Part shown: piece after piece, positions 39,939-43,575 of the stretch | Layout: each line of letters begins with the position of its first letter | Numbering within the stretch: position 1 is the stretch's first letter | Translations under genes and position numbers: made by a program | NCBI GenBank assembly: GCA_046484845.1 | Contig: JAWOIB010000114.1 | Location: 1-43,575, forward strand | Length of the DNA stretch: 43,575 bases | Direction of reading: 5' to 3' | Origin: a bacterium | GTDB lineage: Bacteria; Hydrothermota; Tepidihabitantia; Tepidihabitantales; Tepidihabitantaceae | Notes under the pieces: generated by a model | What the model was told of the DNA's origin: nothing | Database searches by the model: none | What the model saw: only the letters and a program-made list of their open reading frames with translations

Positions 39939-40880
39939 TCATTTCCCGCCCGCGTCCGCCCGCGGCGTCACCCTCCTCCGCAGGTACAGCCTGCCCCCCG
40001 CGTAGTCGTAGACCGTGTTCAGCCGCGAGAGCAGGCCGTTGCACACCACCGCGTCCGCGCCCGGCTGTTTCGACCGCGCCTCGTCCGGCGCAAATGAAAC
40101 CGGTACGTCCTCGAACCGGAACCCGCCCAGCTCCAACAGCGCGGCCCGGCCCTGCCAGCCGTGGATGTCGCCGCTCAGTCCCCGCCCGAGATACAGCGGC
40201 TCCAGCCCCTCCGGCATCGCGACCTTCGCGTCATCCCGGACCAGGAACACCACCTCGTCGCGCGCGGCGAGGTCGATGTAGCAGTCCAGCTCCACCGGCT
40301 CCTCGCCGCCGATGCTCGCCCGGAGCTTCACCCACGGCATATTGTTCTTGCGCAGTTCCATCGGGACGACGGTCCAGGACGAATCCGGCACGAAACTGCC
40401 CGGCTCGTGCAGGACGATCACCGACCGGTCGTAGTCCAGCTCCACCGTCCAGTGCCCGAAAAGCGAGTAGCCCATCACCCCGTCGCTCGAGAACCCGGAC
40501 ATCAACCCGTCGACGAGCCAGACCACCCGCTGGCGCGAGAACTCCAGCGCGCCGGACCGGAACGACGCCGACTCGGCCATCAGCCCCCGCGCCGGTTCAT
40601 CCGACCCGGCCCCGGGAATCCGCACCTCGTACAGCGGCCCGGGCACCGCCGACTCGGGCAGCGGCTCGTACAACAGCACCCCGTCGAAGCTCATCCCGGT
40701 ATCGAGACGGAGCCTGAGGACCCGCGACTCCCCGACCTGCACCGGCACCAGCACGCCGCCGCCCTGGGACTCGAACGGGATTTCACGGCCCGGGACGCCC
40801 CGGGCCGGGATGACCCGCGGCGCGCAGGACAATAACCCTGCGGCCAGCGCCGCAGACAGCGCAACGCGACAAGAACGCAT
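39939..40880 (-). CDS. retropepsin-like (clan AA) aspartic peptidase lipoprotein with two tandem lobes
   Basis: An AAGGAG Shine-Dalgarno sequence precedes ATG 40880. The signal and lipobox read MRSCRVALSAALAAGLLSC. The first lobe has LRLRLDTGMSFDGVLL (a DTG site). The second lobe has LDCYIDLAARDEVVF, where the site is degenerate. Confidence 0.6.
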   Translation of the reverse strand: MRSCRVALSAALAAGLLSCAPRVIPARGVPGREIPFESQGGGVLVPVQVGESRVLRLRLDTGMSFDGVLLYEPLPESAVPGPLYEVRIPGAGSDEPARGLMAESASFRSGALEFSRQRVVWLVDGLMSGFSSDGVMGYSLFGHWTVELDYDRSVIVLHEPGSFVPDSSWTVVPMELRKNNMPWVKLRASIGGEEPVELDCYIDLAARDEVVFLVRDDAKVAMPEGLEPLYLGRGLSGDIHGWQGRAALLELGGFRFEDVPVSFAPDEARSKQPGADAVVCNGLLSRLNTVYDYAGGRLYLRRRVTPRADAGGK

Positions 40881-40902
40881 ACTGACTCCTTTCAGACCCG
40901 CC

Positions 40903-40930
40903 ATGGTAGTCCGGCCCGGCAGACTGTCAA
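40903..40930 (-). promoter_or_regulatory. promoter TTGACA-N16-TACCAT upstream of the aspartic peptidase gene (22-nt leader with AAGGAG SD)
   Basis: The hexamers are the reverse complements of 40925..40930 and 40903..40908. Confidence 0.5.
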
Positions 40931-40953
40931 TGGGCGGCGGTGCCGCGCCCGGC

Positions 40954-41505
40954 TCAGCCCGGGCGGACGATGTCGGCGAAGACGGTGAGCAGGTCTCGGT
41001 CGAGGACCCGGCTGAACTCGCCGAGCCAGTGCTCGATGTACCGGCGGTCGTATCCCGGGTTGCGTGCGAGGACCATGCGCGCGTCTTCCAGGTCGCGCAG
41101 CCGTCCCGCCACCAGCTTGTGGACGACCAGGTCCTCCATGCCGGCAAAGTGCACGTCGGCGCCCCCCAGCCTCACCGTGCGGCTCCGGCTGATTGCCTGC
41201 CGTTCATAGCCGGTCGTGGAGAAGATGAAGTCAACCCTGATGCCGGTTTCCGGCTCCTGGGCCGGCAGGACCATCGTCTCGGGAACGAAGCTGTCCGGGT
41301 TCTCGACGAGAGGGGAAAGCCCGGTCTTCCGGCAGACACCGAGTACCCGGCCGAATTCCTCCGGGCCGATGCCCAGGGTCAGGTCAATGTCCCGGGTCAG
41401 CCGCGGCTCGCCATACACCAGCACCGCCTGTCCGCCGACGACCATGTAGGGGATTCCGGACCCGGTCAGCGCGCGGTCGAGCCGGGCGAGCAGGGACTCA
41501 AACAC
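40954..41505 (-). CDS. Pol-beta-superfamily nucleotidyltransferase (DUF6036/MNT-like)
   Basis: The NTase motif hGG-x(n)-DhDh is present in YMVVGGQAVLVYGEPRLTRDIDLTL. The proposed GTG start at 41505 overlaps the end of the upstream small ORF by 8 nt. The ORF-track start is 41550. Confidence 0.6.
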   Translation of the reverse strand: MFESLLARLDRALTGSGIPYMVVGGQAVLVYGEPRLTRDIDLTLGIGPEEFGRVLGVCRKTGLSPLVENPDSFVPETMVLPAQEPETGIRVDFIFSTTGYERQAISRSRTVRLGGADVHFAGMEDLVVHKLVAGRLRDLEDARMVLARNPGYDRRYIEHWLGEFSRVLDRDLLTVFADIVRPG

Positions 41506-41695
41506 TGTTGATGTCGCGGGCGAGACGGACAACCGCTTCGATGCCCTCAAGCGGGTCCTGACGCCGGACTACGCCGAGCGCCAGCGCCTCACTCCACAGC
41601 GCTTCGAAGATGCGGAGGTTCCGGAGCAGGTCAGGCGGGGACTTACGAGCCTGCTCCAGCTCGAACCGCTCCAGCGTTTCCGTGTTCCTGACCAC
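41498..41695 (-). CDS. 65-aa helical protein, putative partner (antitoxin-like) of the downstream nucleotidyltransferase
   Basis: The ORF-track protein is MVRNTETLERFELEQARKSPPDLLRNLRIFEALWSEALALG.... Its GTG lies exactly 6 nt after a GATACT -10 box of a TTGACT-N16 promoter. The gene is translationally coupled to the NTase gene. Confidence 0.5.
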   Translation of the reverse strand: MVRNTETLERFELEQARKSPPDLLRNLRIFEALWSEALALGVVRRQDPLEGIEAVVRLARDINSV

Positions 41696-41701
41696 GACTA
41701 G

Positions 41702-41729
41702 AGTATCACCTCGCCCCGCGGAAAGTCAA
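41702..41729 (-). promoter_or_regulatory. promoter TTGACT-N16-GATACT; GTG 41695 lies 6 nt after the -10 box (leaderless geometry)
   Basis: The hexamers are the reverse complements of 41724..41729 and 41702..41707. Confidence 0.5.
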
Positions 41730-41769
41730 CCCCATGACCCGCCCGGCACGTGCACTCCCGCCGCTCGCC

Positions 41770-42261
41770 TCACTCCCCGAACTCCAGCAACGTCTGCCCG
41801 CCGCTTGCCTCCCGCGCCACCTCATCATCACCCTGCACCCGGCCGTCGGCCCGGACATGCCGCACCTCGACCCCAAGCCGCACGAGCGCCGGGGTAACCA
41901 GCGACCGCCGGTGACACCGCGCCGGGTTCTCCTCCCCGCAGACCACGGCGACTATCCGCTCCGCGGCCAGCCCGGCCAGTTGCTCGATGCCCTGCCGGAA
42001 CTCCGGCAGTCGGGCGACCCGGTCGAAAGACAGCGGCGGCTCCCGCTTCCCGCCCAGCTCCCGGCCCAGGTACAGATACTCGATTCCCGCCCGCACCAGC
42101 GCGGCGGCCAGCGCCTCCCGGTTGAACTGCGGGGCGTGGCGCGAATACGGCGCGGACCGCACATCTACGACCAGCGTGACCGACCGCTCCCGCAACAGCG
42201 CGAGGAACCGCTCAAGCGGCAGGTTCGAATGGCCGATGGTGAGGACGCTCCGTCCGCTCAC
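41770..42261 (-). CDS. DUF488 family protein
   Basis: The sequence LTIGHSNLPLERFLALL....V..VVDVRS.P.SR..PQFN...L...L...GI.Y..LG.ELGG...C.E..P..CHR matches the DUF488 pattern. Confidence 0.85.
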   Translation of the reverse strand: MSGRSVLTIGHSNLPLERFLALLRERSVTLVVDVRSAPYSRHAPQFNREALAAALVRAGIEYLYLGRELGGKREPPLSFDRVARLPEFRQGIEQLAGLAAERIVAVVCGEENPARCHRRSLVTPALVRLGVEVRHVRADGRVQGDDEVAREASGGQTLLEFGE

Positions 42262-42267
42262 GCCGGG

Positions 42268-42296
42268 ATTCTAAAGTTCCCGCCCGCGCCTGTCCA
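42268..42296 (-). promoter_or_regulatory. promoter TGGACA-N17-TAGAAT; DUF488 GTG 42261 lies 6 nt after the -10 box (leaderless geometry)
   Basis: The hexamers are the reverse complements of 42291..42296 and 42268..42273. Confidence 0.5.
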
Positions 42297-42330
42297 GCCC
42301 GGCTGTGCTGGTCGGAACCTTCGTCCCTTC

Positions 42331-42359
42331 TTGACTTCCCCGGTTCCCGGGGCCACAAT
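42331..42359 (+). promoter_or_regulatory. promoter TTGACT-N17-CACAAT; hicB ATG 42366 lies 6 nt after the -10 box (leaderless geometry)
   Basis: Read directly from the sequence. Confidence 0.45.
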
Positions 42360-42365
42360 TGCCCG

Positions 42366-42608
42366 ATGCTGACCGACTATATCACCGCCGCGATGCACCG
42401 CGCGCGCTACGAAATCCTGCCCGACGACAAGTCGTTCTACGGCGAGATACCGGGATTTGAGGGTGTCTATGTGAACGCCGCAGACCTCGAAACCTGCCGC
42501 GAAGAGCTCGAAAGCACACTCGAAGACTGGATCCTGTTCCGCGTATCGCGCGGGCTCGACCTGCCGGTTGTTGACGGGCTCAAGCTCGAAGTAGTCGAAG
42601 TCGCCTGA
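42366..42608 (+). CDS. hicB: HicB-like (UPF0150) antitoxin-family protein
   Basis: The 80-aa product reads MLTDYITAAMHRARYEILPDDKSFYGEIPGFEGVYVNAADLETCREELESTLEDWI. This is the HicB N-terminal domain pattern, with no DNA-binding extension. Confidence 0.7.
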   Translation: MLTDYITAAMHRARYEILPDDKSFYGEIPGFEGVYVNAADLETCREELESTLEDWILFRVSRGLDLPVVDGLKLEVVEVA

Positions 42609-42661
42609 TGCCGGCCTTCGGCCCCATCAGCCGCACAGCCCTCATCCGCAACCACCGCTAG
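42608..42661 (+). pseudogene. possible hicA remnant (17 codons, MPAFGPISRTALIRNHR*)
   Basis: The ATG overlaps the hicB stop (TGATG), as in intact hicBA pairs. The short peptide resembles a HicA N-terminus (P.ISG.ELI+) but terminates after 17 codons. Confidence 0.3.
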
Positions 42662-42679
42662 GACTGGGAACGGCTCTAG

Positions 42680-42714
42680 CCCGCCCAGCTCCCGGCCCAG
42701 GTACAGATACTCGA
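42680..42714 (-). repeat. 35-nt exact copy of an internal segment of the DUF488 gene (42049..42083); likely relic of a second DUF488 copy
   Basis: The sequence cccgcccagctcccggcccaggtacagatactcga occurs at both positions in the same orientation. The flanks are only partly similar. Confidence 0.8.
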
Positions 42715-42756
42715 CCCCTCCGCCCGGGCCCGTCTTCCGCTTTCCTCACTTTGCAG

Positions 42757-42777
42757 TCTGCACTCTGCACTCTGCAA
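42757..42777. repeat. heptanucleotide tandem repeat (TCTGCAC TCTGCAC TCTGCAA)
   Basis: Read directly from the sequence in non-coding DNA between the hicB remnant region and the AbrB/PIN pair. Confidence 0.8.
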
Positions 42778-42872
42778 TCACTCCTCGCTCCCCTCGCCTC
42801 CGGCCCGGCGTTCCGCATCCCGGCCCCCTGATACTGCCTCCCGGCCATGGTCCAGCCCGGCCGTCCGGCGGC

Positions 42873-42901
42873 TTGACCCCGGCCGCGCCGGCGGGTAGCA
42901 T
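42873..42901 (+). promoter_or_regulatory. promoter TTGACC-N17-TAGCAT for the AbrB/PIN pair (30-nt leader with AAGGAG SD)
   Basis: Read directly from the sequence. Confidence 0.45.
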
Positions 42902-42923
42902 AGTAAGCAAGTAAGAAAGTAAG
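42902..42923 (+). promoter_or_regulatory. three AGTAAG direct repeats with 8-nt period between the -10 box and the SD; candidate operator of the AbrB-type antitoxin
   Basis: The sequence AGTAAGcaAGTAAGaaAGTAAGgag lies immediately upstream of the AAGGAG Shine-Dalgarno sequence and ATG 42932. Confidence 0.3.
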
Positions 42924-42931
42924 GAGACGCC

Positions 42932-43165
42932 ATGCTGACCAAGAAGACCAGCAAGAACCAGGTCACCATCCCCCGGGCGTTGCTCGACGAACTGCCCGAG
43001 ACCGACTACTTCGACGCCAGCATCCGGGACGGGGCGATACTGCTCCGGCCGGTGCGGGTCACCCCGGCCGCGGATATCGAGGTTGTCCGCGACCGGCTCG
43101 CGTCCGAAGGCATCGAACCGGACGAGGTCGAGCAGGCCATCAAGTGGGCGCGCCGCAGGAAGTAG
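42932..43165 (+). CDS. AbrB/MazE/SpoVT-family antitoxin (VapB-like)
   Basis: The N-terminus MLTKKTSKNQVTIPRALLDEL is a SpoVT-AbrB swapped-hairpin motif. An AAGGAG Shine-Dalgarno sequence is present. A PIN gene follows directly. Confidence 0.8.
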   Translation: MLTKKTSKNQVTIPRALLDELPETDYFDASIRDGAILLRPVRVTPAADIEVVRDRLASEGIEPDEVEQAIKWARRRK

Positions 43166-43173
43166 CCCGGCTC

Positions 43174-43566
43174 GTGCTCGACACGAACGTGCTCGTGTCG
43201 GCCCTGCTCTTCCGGGGCGAAGCCTCGCGGCTCATCCCGCTCTGGCATCGCGGCCCCTGCCGGCTCGCGGTCAGCCGCGACATCCTGCGCGAATACCTCC
43301 GCGTGCTCGCCTACCCCCGGTTCGGACTGACGCCCGACGAAATCCGTGCCCTTGCCGGCGAACACATCCTGCCCTGGTGCGACGCCTTTTCCCCGGCGGG
43401 CGGCCCGCCGGTCTGCCGGGACCGCGACGACGACAAGTTCCTCCACTGCGCCCGGGCCGCCCGCGCCCGCGCGCTCATCACCGGTGACGCGGACCTCCTC
43501 GCCCTTGCCCCGCGCTGGCGCACAGTCCGCATCCTCACCGTCGCCGCCGCGCTCCGCGACCTCTGA
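43174..43566 (+). CDS. PIN-domain toxin (TIGR00305-like putative toxin-antitoxin system toxin)
   Basis: The sequence LDTNVLVSALLF...REYLRVLAYPRF...D.DD.KFL.CA.AA.A..LITGD.DLL is the PIN acidic-residue pattern. The start is ambiguous: GTG 43174 is preferred, and GTG 43144 is the ORF-track start. Confidence 0.8.
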   Translation: MLDTNVLVSALLFRGEASRLIPLWHRGPCRLAVSRDILREYLRVLAYPRFGLTPDEIRALAGEHILPWCDAFSPAGGPPVCRDRDDDKFLHCARAARARALITGDADLLALAPRWRTVRILTVAAALRDL

Positions 43567-43575
43567 CCCCGCGCC

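Noticed and set aside
1-43575. A search for CRISPR arrays, IS elements or transposases, integrases, and rRNA or tRNA genes.
   Set aside because: I saw no regularly spaced direct repeats, no DDE or tyrosine-recombinase-like ORFs, and no inverted terminal repeats. The only repeats found are the short ones listed as features.

Overview
This is a high-GC (about 65-70%) chromosomal segment from an uncultivated bacterium. Five secreted proteins carry T9SS/FlgD-Ig-type C-terminal tails, which suggests an FCB-superphylum-like lineage, but that assignment is only an inference. I support about 42 protein-coding genes and found no rRNA, tRNA, CRISPR array or obvious transposase.

The gene content falls into these groups:
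- Housekeeping: ileS, valS, truA, a DksA/TraR-like regulator, and pilT.
- Transport and membrane: a sodium:solute symporter with an unannotated 38-aa upstream ORF, and UPF0104 and DedA/TVP38 family proteins.
- Secreted enzymes: a run of T9SS-tailed C1, S8 and M1 peptidases and an FG-GAP propeller protein.
- Redox: a tightly overlapped four-gene MvhD/Fe-S/Fe-S/flavoprotein operon resembling flxDCBA.
- Surface proteins: an operon encoding a triple-repeat secreted protein and two PKD/beta-propeller lipoproteins.
- Accessory 3' end: a nucleotidyltransferase pair, DUF488, hicB with a hicA remnant, and an AbrB/PIN toxin-antitoxin pair.

The most interesting observations are:
1. A single in-frame TGA sits exactly at the first Cys of a thioredoxin-fold WCxxC motif inside a secreted LVIVD-propeller protein with a T9SS tail. 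A SECIS-like hairpin follows it, making this a candidate selenoprotein.
2. Near-consensus promoters (TTGACA-N16/17-TAnnAT) recur with the start codon only 6-9 nt after the -10 box. This geometry occurs at 13 transcription units and implies widespread leaderless mRNAs.
3. The flx-like operon has no adjacent hdrABC genes.
4. Codon usage breaks inside the first ORF, which suggests a chimeric junction.
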